From Bellilinea caldifistulae (GTDB lineage: Bacteria; Chloroflexota; Anaerolineae; Anaerolineales; Anaerolineaceae): DNA of 32,000 nucleotides. The stretch covers positions 104,633-136,632 of the forward strand of contig NZ_LGHJ01000006.1 of assembly GCF_001306055.1 (NCBI RefSeq). The letters are read 5' to 3'. Both the position numbers and the translations under genes were made by a program. Under the pieces are notes generated by a model that was not told the DNA's origin, did no database searches, and saw only the letters and a list, made by a program, of their open reading frames with translations. Position 1 is the first letter of the stretch. Each line of letters begins with the position of its first letter. Shown piece after piece: positions 23,065-32,000 of this stretch.

Positions 23065-24336
23065 TTAGATGGCCTGTTTGTGTCTGACGATGCGTTCGAG
23101 GGCGTCGCCCAGCATCTTTAACTCGCGCTCGGTGTTGTAGTGAACTGCCCCGACCCGTACCATGCCGCCCTTGTCCTCGACACCTAACCGTTCGGTGACC
23201 GCCAGCGCGTAGTAATTACCGTCCCAGACATAGATATCCTCTCGTCCCAGCGCGGCAGCCACTTCGCGCGGATGCTGACCGTTCAAACGAAAGGCAAACG
23301 TCGGCACACGGTCTTTGATGCGGCGTGGATCGCTCAATCCGTAAAGCGTCAGGCCGGAAATGCTTTTGAGGACATCCAGCAGGGCGCGGCTCAGTCGGTA
23401 TTCATAAGCGCGAATGGCAGACATGGCCTGTTTCAGGCGTAAGCGCCGCCCTTTGTAATGCGGGCTTAATTCCCGGCTGTATTCCCCGCCAAAAGTTTCC
23501 CCCAGCCATTCCAGATACTCGATGGTTCCGAGTACACCGGCAATGCCTTCGTGGTTTTGGGTGCCGGTTTCAAATTTGCCGGGAGGCGTGTTGGGCGCCG
23601 GGCGTACCTTGTAGGCAAACAGGTTGTCGAGCAAGTCGTAACGCCCGTAGAGGATGCCGGCGTGCGGGCCGAAAAACTTGTACGAAGAGGCGACCAGAAA
23701 ATCACAACCGAGCGCCTGTACATCAATCGGCCCGTGGGCGGCGTACTGGACGGCGTCCACGTAAACCAGCGCGCCGGCTGCATGGGCCAGCGGGATAATT
23801 TCTTCGAGCGGGTTGATCGTTCCCAGCGCGTTCGAAGCGTACCCGACGGCCAGCAGGCGCGGTTTTTCTTCCAGCGCAGCACGCAAATCATCCACATCCA
23901 GCGTGCCGTCTTCCGGGTGAAAATCCACCCAGCGCACCTTAACCCCGCGGTCCTGAGCGGCCAGCACCCACGGCGTGATGTTGGCGTCGTGGTCCAGTCG
24001 GGTGACCACGATGGTATCGCCTTCCTTCCAGGTCCGCGCCAGCGAGCGGCTGATGTGCAGCGTCAGGGTGGTCATGTTGTTGCCAAAGACGATTTCTTCT
24101 GGGCGGGCAGCGTTATAGAAATCTGCCATGGCAGCGTGGGCGTTATCCAGAATGACATCCGATTCCTGGCTGGTGTGAAAAGCGCCGCCATGATTGGCGT
24201 TGGAGGTAGTCAGGTACTGCTGGATTCGCTCCAATGCCGAGAGGGTAATTTGTGTTCCACCGGGATTATCCAGAAAGATAGCGCCGCTTTGCAAGGCAGG
24301 AAAACGGTTGCGAATGATCGAACTTTCCAGAGTCAT
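23065..24336 (-). CDS. Cysteine desulfurase-like class V aminotransferase (SufS-related subfamily)
   Basis: FLDNPGGTQ..........Y.....AN.GG.F..S.........A....A.F.NA...EI.FG.N.TT ... T.LDHDAN..PW ... ASSYKF.GPH.G.LYG is the PLP fold-type I class V pattern with the SSYKF lysine. Confidence 0.8.
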   Translation of the reverse strand: MTLESSIIRNRFPALQSGAIFLDNPGGTQITLSALERIQQYLTTSNANHGGAFHTSQESDVILDNAHAAMADFYNAARPEEIVFGNNMTTLTLHISRSLARTWKEGDTIVVTRLDHDANITPWVLAAQDRGVKVRWVDFHPEDGTLDVDDLRAALEEKPRLLAVGYASNALGTINPLEEIIPLAHAAGALVYVDAVQYAAHGPIDVQALGCDFLVASSYKFFGPHAGILYGRYDLLDNLFAYKVRPAPNTPPGKFETGTQNHEGIAGVLGTIEYLEWLGETFGGEYSRELSPHYKGRRLRLKQAMSAIRAYEYRLSRALLDVLKSISGLTLYGLSDPRRIKDRVPTFAFRLNGQHPREVAAALGREDIYVWDGNYYALAVTERLGVEDKGGMVRVGAVHYNTERELKMLGDALERIVRHKQAI

Positions 24337-24479
24337 GGGCTGCTGCTCCTTTGGCGGGTATTTTCAAACATTATACGTCACTTTTGCGGAGAGGGAGATT
24401 TTCTTGATCGCCGATGATGGAGTAGAGTATAATTCAATTAAACGATCGGTAAGTAACTATCCTGACAGGAGGAATTTTC

Positions 24480-24962
24480 ATGTCCACCCTCAATTTGATC
24501 CTGCAGAGCCTGCATAACCTCACCCGCTGGGCGCTGGTGATTCTGGCAATCATCGTGATTGTGCGTGGGTTTACCGGCTGGCAGCGCGGGCGGCGTTTCA
24601 ATCAAGATGACAACCGCTTTGGGATGCTTTACACTTCCTTTTTCGATGTGCAGTTGTTGTTAGGGCTGATTTTGTACTTTTCCAAGGGCTGGTTTGGGGT
24701 GCTGACGGCCGATTTTGCGGCTGCCATGCGCGCTTCCGGCACGCGCTTCTTCGCCATTGAACATTTTTTGCTGATGTTCGTGGCGCTGGTGGTGGCGCAT
24801 GTGGTGCGCAGCCGTACACGCAAAGCCGCCAGTGATGTCCTCAAACACCGCTGGGCGGCTTTCGGCTATCTGGCATCCTTTGTCTTGATGCTGGCGGCAA
24901 TTCCCTGGCCGTTCCTCGATTATGGGAGGCCGTGGCTGCGCCTGTTTGGGTTGCAGTTTTAA
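24480..24962 (+). CDS. Hypothetical membrane protein (about four transmembrane helices)
   Basis: A GGAGG RBS lies 7 nt upstream. The hydrophobic segments are WALVILAIIVIV, LLLGLILYF, FLLMFVALVVAHVV and FGYLASFVLMLAAI. A candidate promoter TTGATC-18-TATAAT lies at 24404-24433. Confidence 0.6.
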   Translation: MSTLNLILQSLHNLTRWALVILAIIVIVRGFTGWQRGRRFNQDDNRFGMLYTSFFDVQLLLGLILYFSKGWFGVLTADFAAAMRASGTRFFAIEHFLLMFVALVVAHVVRSRTRKAASDVLKHRWAAFGYLASFVLMLAAIPWPFLDYGRPWLRLFGLQF

Positions 24963-24971
24963 CCGCCGGGC

Positions 24972-25736
24972 TTAATCCAGTTCCAGCTCTGCCACCGAAC
25001 CAACCACCCGTTGAGGCTGGAAGGGGTAGGCGGAAATCATATCGCGGCTGGTGACGCCGCTCAGCACCAGAATGGTGCCTAAGCCACTTTGAATGCCGGC
25101 GACAATGTCGGTGTCCATGCGGTCGCCGATCATGATGGTATTTTCGCTGTGGACGCCAAGGTAATTCAGCGCCGCGCGCATCATGAAGGGGTTGGGCTTG
25201 CCGACAAAGAAGGGGGCTTTACCGGTGGCTTTTTCAATTAAAGCCGCCATTGCGCCGCAGGCCGGCACAATCCCTTCGTCCGTTGGCCCGGTTGCATCGG
25301 GGTTGGTGGCCACAAACCGTGCTCCGGCGTTGATCAAGCGCACCGCTTTGGTCACCTGCGCAAAACTGTAATTAAAGGTTTCGCCTAAAACGACATAATC
25401 CGGGTCGAACTCGGTCTGGATGTAGCCCACCTCGTGCAGGGCGACCTGCAAGCCGCTTTCGCCAATCACAAAGGCTTTGCCGTTCGGTTTTTGAGCATCC
25501 AGAAAGCGAGCGGTGGCCATGGCGCAGGTGAAGATCGAATCTTTGTCAATGTCCAGCCCCATATTTTGCAGACGGTGCGAAAGGTCGAGCGGCGTCCAGA
25601 TGGGGTTGTTGGTCAGCACCAGGAACTTGATCTTTTTTGCCTTCAGGCGGGCGATGAACGCATCCGCTCCGGGGATGATCTTTTGTCCGCTGATCAAAAC
25701 GCCATCCATATCAATCAAATAGTTGACTTTTGGCAT
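24972..25736 (-). CDS. HAD-IIA family hydrolase (NagD-like sugar/nucleotide phosphatase)
   Basis: The motifs are LIDMDGVL (motif I), LTNN (motif II) and [11 protein letters not shown] (motif IV), with length and order as in NagD-type enzymes. Confidence 0.85.
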   Translation of the reverse strand: MPKVNYLIDMDGVLISGQKIIPGADAFIARLKAKKIKFLVLTNNPIWTPLDLSHRLQNMGLDIDKDSIFTCAMATARFLDAQKPNGKAFVIGESGLQVALHEVGYIQTEFDPDYVVLGETFNYSFAQVTKAVRLINAGARFVATNPDATGPTDEGIVPACGAMAALIEKATGKAPFFVGKPNPFMMRAALNYLGVHSENTIMIGDRMDTDIVAGIQSGLGTILVLSGVTSRDMISAYPFQPQRVVGSVAELELD

Positions 25737-25855
25737 GGCTGCTCCTTCTTGGAGGAAATGGTCTTGCCGTGTTAAGAATTATAGCCTGTACTCACCGTTA
25801 ATGTGGCTTCTTAACCGATTAATCACCGGATCATAACAAACCGACCCGCCCCGGT

Positions 25856-26926
25856 TTAGATGTTAAAGCGGATGTTCAAGATATCGCCGTCTTTGACGAT
25901 GTACTCTTTCCCCTCCAAGCGCAACTTGCCTTTGGCGCGTGCTTCGCTCATGCCGCCCAGCGCAATCAGATCATCATAACTGATCACCTCGGCGCGGATG
26001 AACCCCTTTTGCAAGTCGGTGTGAATTTCGCCGGCGGCTTCGGGGGCGGTTGCGCCGCGCCGCACCGTCCAGGCGCGGACTTCGTCCGGCCCGACGGTGA
26101 AAAAGGACTGCAGTCCCAACAGATCATACGAAAGGCGAATCATGCGGTTGAGGCTGGGTTCGCTGATGCCGTATTCCGCCATGAACAGGGCTGCATCTTC
26201 GGGCGGTAATTGGGCAATCTCCATTTCCAGTTTGGCCTGCAGTGCCACCACCTGACTGTGGCGGTGAGCATATTCCAGGGCCGGGGCGGCCTGTCCCTCG
26301 GAGAGGTTTAACACCACCAGCACCGGCTTGCGGCTGAGGAAGCCAAAGCCGGAAAGCAGTTTTTCTTCCTCCGGTTCAATATCTATATCACGCAGGGGAA
26401 TTTCCTGGCTGAGGGCCTGCTGCAATCGCTCGAACAGGGCAATTTCACGCTCAATCGCCGAGCGATCCCGCCCGCCGCCCTTTTTGCGCTCTTCTGCCAG
26501 CCGTTCCAGTTTACGTTCGACGGCGATCAGGTCGTTCAGCACAAATTCGGCGTCCATGGCTTCGAGGTCACGCTGCGGGTCAACGCTGCCTTGCGGATGC
26601 GGCACATTTTCATCCTCAAAAACCCGCACCACGTGAAGAAAACCGTCCATCTGGGTTAACTGATTGAGCAGCGTGCCGGAGATGCCGCTCTTCCCCGCCG
26701 AGCCATCCAGCCCGGCAATATCGGCGTAGGTGACTTTGGCGTAAATGGTCTTTTTGGGATTGAACATTTTCGAAAGCACGTCCACCCGCGGGTCGGGCAC
26801 ATCCACCACGGCGGTGTGAATTTCGATTTTTCCGGTGGCCACACCGGTGGGTTGATTGCCGCGGGTAAGGGCGTTAAACAAAGTGGTCTTTCCCGATTGT
26901 GGTAATCCGATGATTCCCAAACGCAT
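25856..26926 (-). CDS. ychF: Redox-regulated ribosome-binding ATPase YchF
   Basis: MRLGIIGLPQSGKTTLFNALT, ...DIAGL..GA..G.G.GN.FL...R..D...HVVR.F, and a C-terminal TGS-like segment AG.IH.D...GFIRAEV...DDL. Confidence 0.9.
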   Translation of the reverse strand: MRLGIIGLPQSGKTTLFNALTRGNQPTGVATGKIEIHTAVVDVPDPRVDVLSKMFNPKKTIYAKVTYADIAGLDGSAGKSGISGTLLNQLTQMDGFLHVVRVFEDENVPHPQGSVDPQRDLEAMDAEFVLNDLIAVERKLERLAEERKKGGGRDRSAIEREIALFERLQQALSQEIPLRDIDIEPEEEKLLSGFGFLSRKPVLVVLNLSEGQAAPALEYAHRHSQVVALQAKLEMEIAQLPPEDAALFMAEYGISEPSLNRMIRLSYDLLGLQSFFTVGPDEVRAWTVRRGATAPEAAGEIHTDLQKGFIRAEVISYDDLIALGGMSEARAKGKLRLEGKEYIVKDGDILNIRFNI

Positions 26927-26940
26927 GATCGTTTGAAACC

Positions 26941-26969
26941 TTGACCCTTCTGAAGAATTTTGATATATT
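26941..26969 (+). promoter_or_regulatory. Candidate promoter for the tRNA gene: TTGACC-17-TATATT
   Basis: Hexamers read directly from the sequence. The -10 element ends 14 nt before the mature tRNA 5' end. Confidence 0.5.
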
Positions 26970-26983
26970 TCAGGTTAGATCAC

Positions 26984-27066
26984 GCCGAAGTGGCGGAACT
27001 GGCAGACGCGCACGACTCAAAATCGTGTACCCTCCGGGTATGTGGGTTCGATTCCCACCTTCGGCA
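26984..27066 (+). tRNA. tRNA-Leu (anticodon CAA), class II with a long variable arm; CCA not encoded
   Basis: Folded by hand. The acceptor stem is GCCGAAG/CTTCGGC with discriminator A. The anticodon stem is CACGA/TCGTG with loop CT-CAA-AA. The variable arm is ACCC-TCC-GGGT. The T arm is GTGGG-TTCGATT-CCCAC. Confidence 0.9.
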
Positions 27067-27087
27067 CTGCTGATTATATCACGCTGT

Positions 27088-27118
27088 GCGCCGCAATTTT
27101 CTGCGGCGCTGGTTTGTT
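27088..27118 (+). terminator. Rho-independent terminator after tRNA-Leu
   Basis: Stem GCGCCGCA (27088-27095), loop ATTTTC, stem TGCGGCGC (27102-27109), followed by TGGTTTGTT. Confidence 0.6.
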
Positions 27119-27152
27119 AAGATCAGTCTGACATGCCGTTTTGGAGTATCCC

Positions 27153-27938
27153 ATGCAACCCGAATTACATGACCTGATGATATGGGCACGCGAAGCCGGC
27201 GAATTGCTGCGCGAACGATTCGGCGGCGATCACACCATCCGCTTCAAGGGCAGTACCGACATTGTCACCGAAGCCGATCATCAATCCGAAGCATTGTTGA
27301 TGGAGCGCATTCTCAGCCGTTTTCCTAATCACACCATCATCACCGAAGAGAGCGGCCAGCGCAACGGCAGCGATGATCGCTGCTGGTACCTCGATCCGAT
27401 TGACGGGACGATCAACTTTGCCCACGGGTTTGCCTTCTTTTGTGTCTCGATTGCCTATGCCGAGGCGGGCGACCTGCGGCTGGGGGTAGTGTACGACCCG
27501 ATCCATGAAGAAATGTTTGCCGCTGAATGGGGCAAAGGCGCAAGCCTGAACGGTCGCCCGATCCGCCCGGGGAATGCAACCGAACTGCACGAGTGCCTGC
27601 TGGTATCCGGCCTGCCGCACCATGACCATTCTCCCTACACCGATGCGGCGTTTGCCTGCTTTCGCGACCTGACGCTGCGTTCGCAGGGGGTGCGCCGGCT
27701 GGGTTCGGCGGCACTCGATTTGTGTTATACCGCTTGCGGGCGGCTGGATGGTTACTGGGAACTTGCCGTTCAGCATTATGATATTGCCGCCAGCGCGTTG
27801 ATCGCCCGCGAGGCCGGCTGCATTGTTACCAAAGCAGACGGCGATGAGGATATTCTGAAACCGCCGGTGAGTATTCTGGCGGGCAACCCGCAGGTTTACG
27901 CGCTGCTGCGGGAGGCCCTGCGCCGGCATGGTTTATAA
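27153..27938 (+). CDS. Inositol monophosphatase family protein (SuhB-like)
   Basis: TEADHQSE, ITEESG, WYLDPIDGT.NF and a C-terminal GSAALDLCY.A.GR.DGYWE are the canonical IMPase motifs. I chose the ATG at 27153, which has GGAG 6 nt upstream, over the TTG at 27141. Confidence 0.85.
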   Translation: MQPELHDLMIWAREAGELLRERFGGDHTIRFKGSTDIVTEADHQSEALLMERILSRFPNHTIITEESGQRNGSDDRCWYLDPIDGTINFAHGFAFFCVSIAYAEAGDLRLGVVYDPIHEEMFAAEWGKGASLNGRPIRPGNATELHECLLVSGLPHHDHSPYTDAAFACFRDLTLRSQGVRRLGSAALDLCYTACGRLDGYWELAVQHYDIAASALIAREAGCIVTKADGDEDILKPPVSILAGNPQVYALLREALRRHGL

Positions 27939-27943
27939 AAAAA

Positions 27944-27970
27944 CCTGCCCGGGGTTATCCACCGGGCAGG
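27944..27970. terminator. Bidirectional hairpin terminator between convergent genes
   Basis: CCTGCCCGG (27944-27952) pairs with CCGGGCAGG (27962-27970) around a 9-nt loop. It is preceded by AAAAAAA, which is a T-run for the minus-strand gene, and followed by TCTATTT. Confidence 0.7.
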
Positions 27971-27992
27971 TCTATTTAATGCGGAGGAAGGA

Positions 27993-30900
27993 TTACCGTG
28001 AAATCACTGGCATCCACAACCGAACAGGCACCACGATGTTCAGGCGTCCTTCGATTTGCGGATTGATCGGCTCGGTTTTACTCTGGACGTATTCGATCAC
28101 CGCATCACGGACGTAATACTGCGTATCCGCGACGATTTGATCAAGCGGCCAGAGCGACACTCCACCGTCATTAAAGTTGCAGGAGCCCGCGGCCAGATAA
28201 TTGACGGTAGAGACATTGTAGTAGGTGTTGGCATCGTTGAAGTCAACCAGTTTACCGTCAATTTCCAGCGCGGCAACGTTATTGCCGTTGGGCAGCTCGG
28301 GGTAAGTATCGAAGTAGGTAATCTTACCGCCAGCATTGATATCCAGCATACAGGTGGTGTAGTAGGAGTAACCGCCGTACCCCGGCACATACTTGTAGTA
28401 GTAGTAATTGCGGTATGCCCGTTCCAATACTTTTTTGAGTTGTGGGCCGTTCATCCGCAAAACGACCAGCGAATTTTCATACGGCATGGCGCTGAACATG
28501 TCGCTGATCTTGAGAGAGTAGGGGGTGGTGGGGGTGGCAGTATCCGCAATCCGCCGATTGGTCATAGCGCCGGACAGGTGGAAATCAACCTCAATCTTTT
28601 CTTTTTCCAGTTTCCACACCGAAGCATCGGCCTGCAAGTTAGCTCCGTTGGTTTCGCTGGTATAAGCCTGAAGTGTATCAATCGGGGTGATGGTTTGACC
28701 GATGACTGTATTGTTGTAGGCGGCCAATTTGTCGGCATATGGCTGGACAAGGCTCTTGATGGTGGGGTCTTCAGTGTAGGTTGTGGTTACTTCAATTGCG
28801 CGCCCGGCGCGGGAAACGACTTCATAGGCTTGCGATAAAATGCCCGCATCGCTGGTTGTGGTGGTTGATTTGGGACGCAACCCAATGATAATTTCGCCGA
28901 GGTAGGTGTTGTAGCGATTGGCTTGCCCGATGATCACCGCTCCTCCATCCGGATTGCCCAGCAAGGTCGGCAGGAATTTGAATGGTTCAGGAATGAAACG
29001 AGTATCGCTTGGATGGGTGTGCGAGTGCCCTCCGACGATGGCATCAATGCCAGAAACGTGGGTTGCCAGATAGGTGTCCACGTTGTCATCCACTTCCACG
29101 CTGGCAGGGTTAGGTGCGAAACCAATATGGGTCAAGGCAATTACCACATCGCTGCTATCGCGCAACATATCCACATACTGGCTGGCAGTTTCAATCGGAT
29201 TGGTGAAGGTCAATCCTTCGATGTTGCTCGGAAGTTCGTAATTGGGCACGCGATGGTTACCGATGCCAATAATGCTGACCTTAATCGCTTCTGGGCCAAC
29301 CGGTTTGCGCACAAACGGCAATACCGGTATCTGGCCAATGCCGTACCGGCCATCGTCCTGTAAGTTGGCCTGTAGGATGGGGAAATTGGCATCCGAAAGG
29401 GTGCTAAAAACTTCCTTGCCAAAGTTGAATTCGTGATTGCCCAACACCATGGCGTCGTACCCCATGGCATTGAAGGCTTTGATCAGCGGGTTGATTTGCA
29501 TGTCGGCCGGCAGCGAACTGCCATCTGCACAGTAGCCTAAGCCGGCTGACTTGAAGTAGTACATCATCGAGTCGCCCTGGATATTATCCCCGGCGGTGAG
29601 TAGCAGCGTACGGTTGGGGTTGTGGGCACGTTCCTGTTTGATCAGGGTTGCCAGATTGGTATAACCCACCGTGCTACCCGATTGGAGCAAGCGCCCGTGT
29701 GAATCATTGTGGTGCAGGATAGTGAGCGGAACAATCGGACCACCAGCATCCGTGCCCTCGCGAGTGACGCGTCCGTCCAGTTTGCCATCGCCAGCGGGGC
29801 CTTTATAGGGTTCATCTTGGGTATAATTACGCACCCACTCGATGACCAGATTCAACATATCTCCCCAGTAGGACAGATTCCTGGCGTATTTGAACTGGAT
29901 GAAACCATCCTGCCCGGCAGGTGCCAGGAAACTGTTTGTAGCAATCCGGTAGGTGCGGTTTGGATCAATGGGCACCCAGCCGTTTGCTTCGCGGTCAAAC
30001 ACCTCAATGTCATAAGCGCCCCATGCCCACGGTTGTGGCCCTGGGAGAGCGTCTGAATAGCGATAGAATTTATGACGGATTCCTGCAATCGAAAGAGCGC
30101 CCTTGAAGAGAGTGGCGCTTTGATTGAGCAGGTCAATGATTTCGGCCCCGCTCATATCCGCCACAACGGTGTCATTCCCAAACGGTAAAACCTGGAACAA
30201 CATGCCGTAGGTGAGTACCATCGGACCATGCGACCAAACACCTTCGCTCTGGCAGTCGCTCGCCGTGCTGGTCCAGATGTAGGTGCCGGGGTTGGCGGGA
30301 TCTTCTTTATCGCACCAGTCAATCCGAATACCACCTGGATTGTTGAAGACCATATCCACGTCATTATCGGGGGTTGTATCGGAGTTCAACTGGTTATAGA
30401 TGGCATCTTGAATGAAGGTGCCCATCATCCCATCACCGTTGTAGTTGCGCAGCAAATCCACCTGCACCCATCCAATAGGTTCATTGATCAGGTTTTGATA
30501 ATCGGGATCCGAGACATACCCATTCACCAGACTCTGAACGGTCGGGTCCTGCGGGTCGGTTGTGCCGACTACAATCCGGCTCCAACTGATCGTAACCGCG
30601 CCGGTAGCCGGGTCATAGGTAAAATCGGCCCGGCCAATCTTGCGCCCGTTGTAATGGGCCTGAACTACGGCCGTATTGCCGACCATGGTGGCGGCACTTA
30701 GGTCGGTGTGGCTGTGACCGCCGATGATCAGGTGTACCGGTTTACCTGCGTCATTAAGATTGCGGGCAAGGGTCTGATCCCCATAGACCGTAAAGCCATA
30801 ACCATAGCCGCCGTCGGCATAGCCATTGTGGCTGAGCACTACCAGCACATCGGCACCGGCTGCTTTCATCTCGTCATAATAATGCAGGATGGATTGGGTT

Positions 30901-31565
30901 GGGTCTTTGAAGCAAAGTCCCTCGGTGGCTTCAGCGATGGTGATATAAGGGGTTTCGACCGAACCGACGCCGATCACCCCCACCTGGACTTTATTGGGGT
31001 CTGTTCCAACCTCCAAAATCGTGTAAGGCTCAATGGTGTAGTTATTTCCAGCCCCGTCATCCAAAACTGGGCGATCCCAGCCATCGCATGAGTTGCCTAC
31101 TTTTTTGACAATGTTGGCTGCCAGCATGGGGAATGGTTTTTTGCCGGCTTCAGTCGCAGCAGCCTGCAAACCTCGTTTGGCTAATACTTGCTGCCCCCAA
31201 TCGAATTCGTGGTTACCGAGCGCAACCGCATCGTAACCAATGGTTTTGTAGTAGTCAATGGTTGGTTGGCCCTTGAGGATGTTGGAAATAAGCGAACCTT
31301 GCAGCATATCCCCCGCATCCAAGACCAGAACATTATCGGCTCCCACTGCCGTTCGAACTTCATTGATCTTATAGGCCACCCGCGCAGCGCCGGGGTTCGA
31401 GCCAGAGGCTTCCAGATTGCCGTGAAAATCATTGGTGTGTAGAATGGTGAAATTGATGGTAGTTAGTGTCTGAGGCTTTTGCACGTCGGCACTGTAAACC
31501 GGCATTGGCAGTGCCAGACAGAGAATCAAAACCAGAGAAACGATTTGGAAAAACTTGAATTTCAT
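27993..31565 (-). CDS. Secreted tandem bifunctional metallophosphatase/5'-nucleotidase (two complete metallophos + 5'-nucleotidase-C modules)
   Basis: The signal peptide is MKFKFFQIVSLVLILCLALPMPVYSA. Module 1 has ILHTNDFHGNL, LDAGDMLQGS, LGNHEFDWG and GGHSH. Module 2 has ILHHNDSHGRL, LTAGDNIQGD, LGNHEFNFG and GGHSH. The RBS is AAGGAGAGGG. Confidence 0.9.
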   Translation of the reverse strand: MKFKFFQIVSLVLILCLALPMPVYSADVQKPQTLTTINFTILHTNDFHGNLEASGSNPGAARVAYKINEVRTAVGADNVLVLDAGDMLQGSLISNILKGQPTIDYYKTIGYDAVALGNHEFDWGQQVLAKRGLQAAATEAGKKPFPMLAANIVKKVGNSCDGWDRPVLDDGAGNNYTIEPYTILEVGTDPNKVQVGVIGVGSVETPYITIAEATEGLCFKDPTQSILHYYDEMKAAGADVLVVLSHNGYADGGYGYGFTVYGDQTLARNLNDAGKPVHLIIGGHSHTDLSAATMVGNTAVVQAHYNGRKIGRADFTYDPATGAVTISWSRIVVGTTDPQDPTVQSLVNGYVSDPDYQNLINEPIGWVQVDLLRNYNGDGMMGTFIQDAIYNQLNSDTTPDNDVDMVFNNPGGIRIDWCDKEDPANPGTYIWTSTASDCQSEGVWSHGPMVLTYGMLFQVLPFGNDTVVADMSGAEIIDLLNQSATLFKGALSIAGIRHKFYRYSDALPGPQPWAWGAYDIEVFDREANGWVPIDPNRTYRIATNSFLAPAGQDGFIQFKYARNLSYWGDMLNLVIEWVRNYTQDEPYKGPAGDGKLDGRVTREGTDAGGPIVPLTILHHNDSHGRLLQSGSTVGYTNLATLIKQERAHNPNRTLLLTAGDNIQGDSMMYYFKSAGLGYCADGSSLPADMQINPLIKAFNAMGYDAMVLGNHEFNFGKEVFSTLSDANFPILQANLQDDGRYGIGQIPVLPFVRKPVGPEAIKVSIIGIGNHRVPNYELPSNIEGLTFTNPIETASQYVDMLRDSSDVVIALTHIGFAPNPASVEVDDNVDTYLATHVSGIDAIVGGHSHTHPSDTRFIPEPFKFLPTLLGNPDGGAVIIGQANRYNTYLGEIIIGLRPKSTTTTSDAGILSQAYEVVSRAGRAIEVTTTYTEDPTIKSLVQPYADKLAAYNNTVIGQTITPIDTLQAYTSETNGANLQADASVWKLEKEKIEVDFHLSGAMTNRRIADTATPTTPYSLKISDMFSAMPYENSLVVLRMNGPQLKKVLERAYRNYYYYKYVPGYGGYSYYTTCMLDINAGGKITYFDTYPELPNGNNVAALEIDGKLVDFNDANTYYNVSTVNYLAAGSCNFNDGGVSLWPLDQIVADTQYYVRDAVIEYVQSKTEPINPQIEGRLNIVVPVRLWMPVISR

Positions 31566-31960
31566 GTTCCCTCTCCTTAGACCTGAGTTTTGGAATCTAC
31601 CCGCAGAAAATCAAACCGATTCAAATGCCGATAGCCCACCACCTCCTTTCAGATGTTTCTGTAAAGGGTAACTCATCTTAGGAAATTGACATATATAAAG
31701 AAAATCTCTTTTCAATTAAACTATGCTGGAAGGGAAAAGAAATTAAGAAGAAGTTATCAAAAAGAAAACAATAAATTGAAAGAGATTAACCCTGGCTTAT
31801 CCCACAAGTAAAACCCCAACCCATTCAACTTTATTTTAGCAAAGTTGGTCTGTCGTGTAAAGTTACTTAAGTCGAGATTGTTGAAAAACAAACAACTGGG
31901 ATTGACGAAAAGGGGAAAACCTTAATACAATCGAACCAAACCACTTTGGAGATCAGCGGG

Positions 31961-32000
31961 ATGGAAAAGCAGCGTTTCGAAGAAACCGGCAAAGGATCAT
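31961..32000 (+). CDS. Possible start of a plus-strand gene (MEKQRFEETGKGS...), truncated by the window end
   Basis: The ATG at 31961 has GGAG 9 nt upstream, and a candidate promoter TTGACG-18-TACAAT lies at 31902-31931. Only 13 codons are visible, so this is weakly supported. Confidence 0.25.
   Translation, partial: MEKQRFEETGKGS

Noticed and set aside
27165-28838. Antisense ORFs 27165-27929 (254 aa) and 28056-28838 (260 aa), plus several 60-160-aa ORFs inside the 5'-nucleotidase gene
   Set aside because: They are opposite motif-rich, well-supported genes (IMPase; tandem 5'-nucleotidase). Their translations are low-complexity sequences with no recognisable domains.

Overview
This is a high-GC bacterial chromosomal segment (well above 60% GC by eye). 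Almost all genes are tightly packed, many with ATGA start/stop overlaps. The gene content and a Pro/Thr-linker lipoprotein look Chloroflexota-like, but the taxon cannot be proven from sequence alone.

Most of the window is ordinary core or housekeeping content:
- a MacB/FtsX-type ABC exporter operon (two ATPases and one permease) with a divergent TetR regulator
- a split Tm-1-like gene pair (UPF0261 plus PEP-hydrolase-like TIM barrel)
- holB, a SAM methyltransferase, an SH3b lipoprotein, pirin, a CPBP protease, bactofilin and a NeuD-like acetyltransferase
- a nucleoside-phosphorylase-family gene translationally coupled to an orphan beta-class DNA methyltransferase
- a membrane alpha/beta hydrolase, an RHH protein, a class-V aminotransferase, a HAD-IIA hydrolase, ychF, tRNA-Leu(CAA) and an inositol monophosphatase
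- a 1190-aa secreted tandem 5'-nucleotidase

The exception is about 7.16-12.30 kb. This visibly AT-richer island lies between the TIM-barrel gene and holB, and I read it as a sedentary chromosomal integron.
- It has a heavily decayed integron-integrase pseudogene (frameshifts, in-frame stops, large internal deletions).
- It has a divergent AT-rich attI/Pc-like region.
- It has five minus-strand cassettes separated by a family of roughly 70-bp imperfect palindromes bounded by RYYYAAC/GTTRRRY cores (attC sites). One of these has collapsed to a 17-bp hairpin.

The three attI-proximal cassettes all encode solitary nucleases or nuclease-like proteins: Mrr, a DpnI-like methyl-directed endonuclease, and an unannotatable 187-aa protein with a PD-(D/E)xK-like motif pattern. 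The distal cassettes carry a RibD_C/DHFR-like protein and a two-gene GyrI-like plus bleomycin-binding-like unit. A remnant of an IS630-family transposase caps the array.

The integron-borne set of methyltransferase-less nucleases, and especially the uncharacterised third cassette, is the best candidate for something new here.
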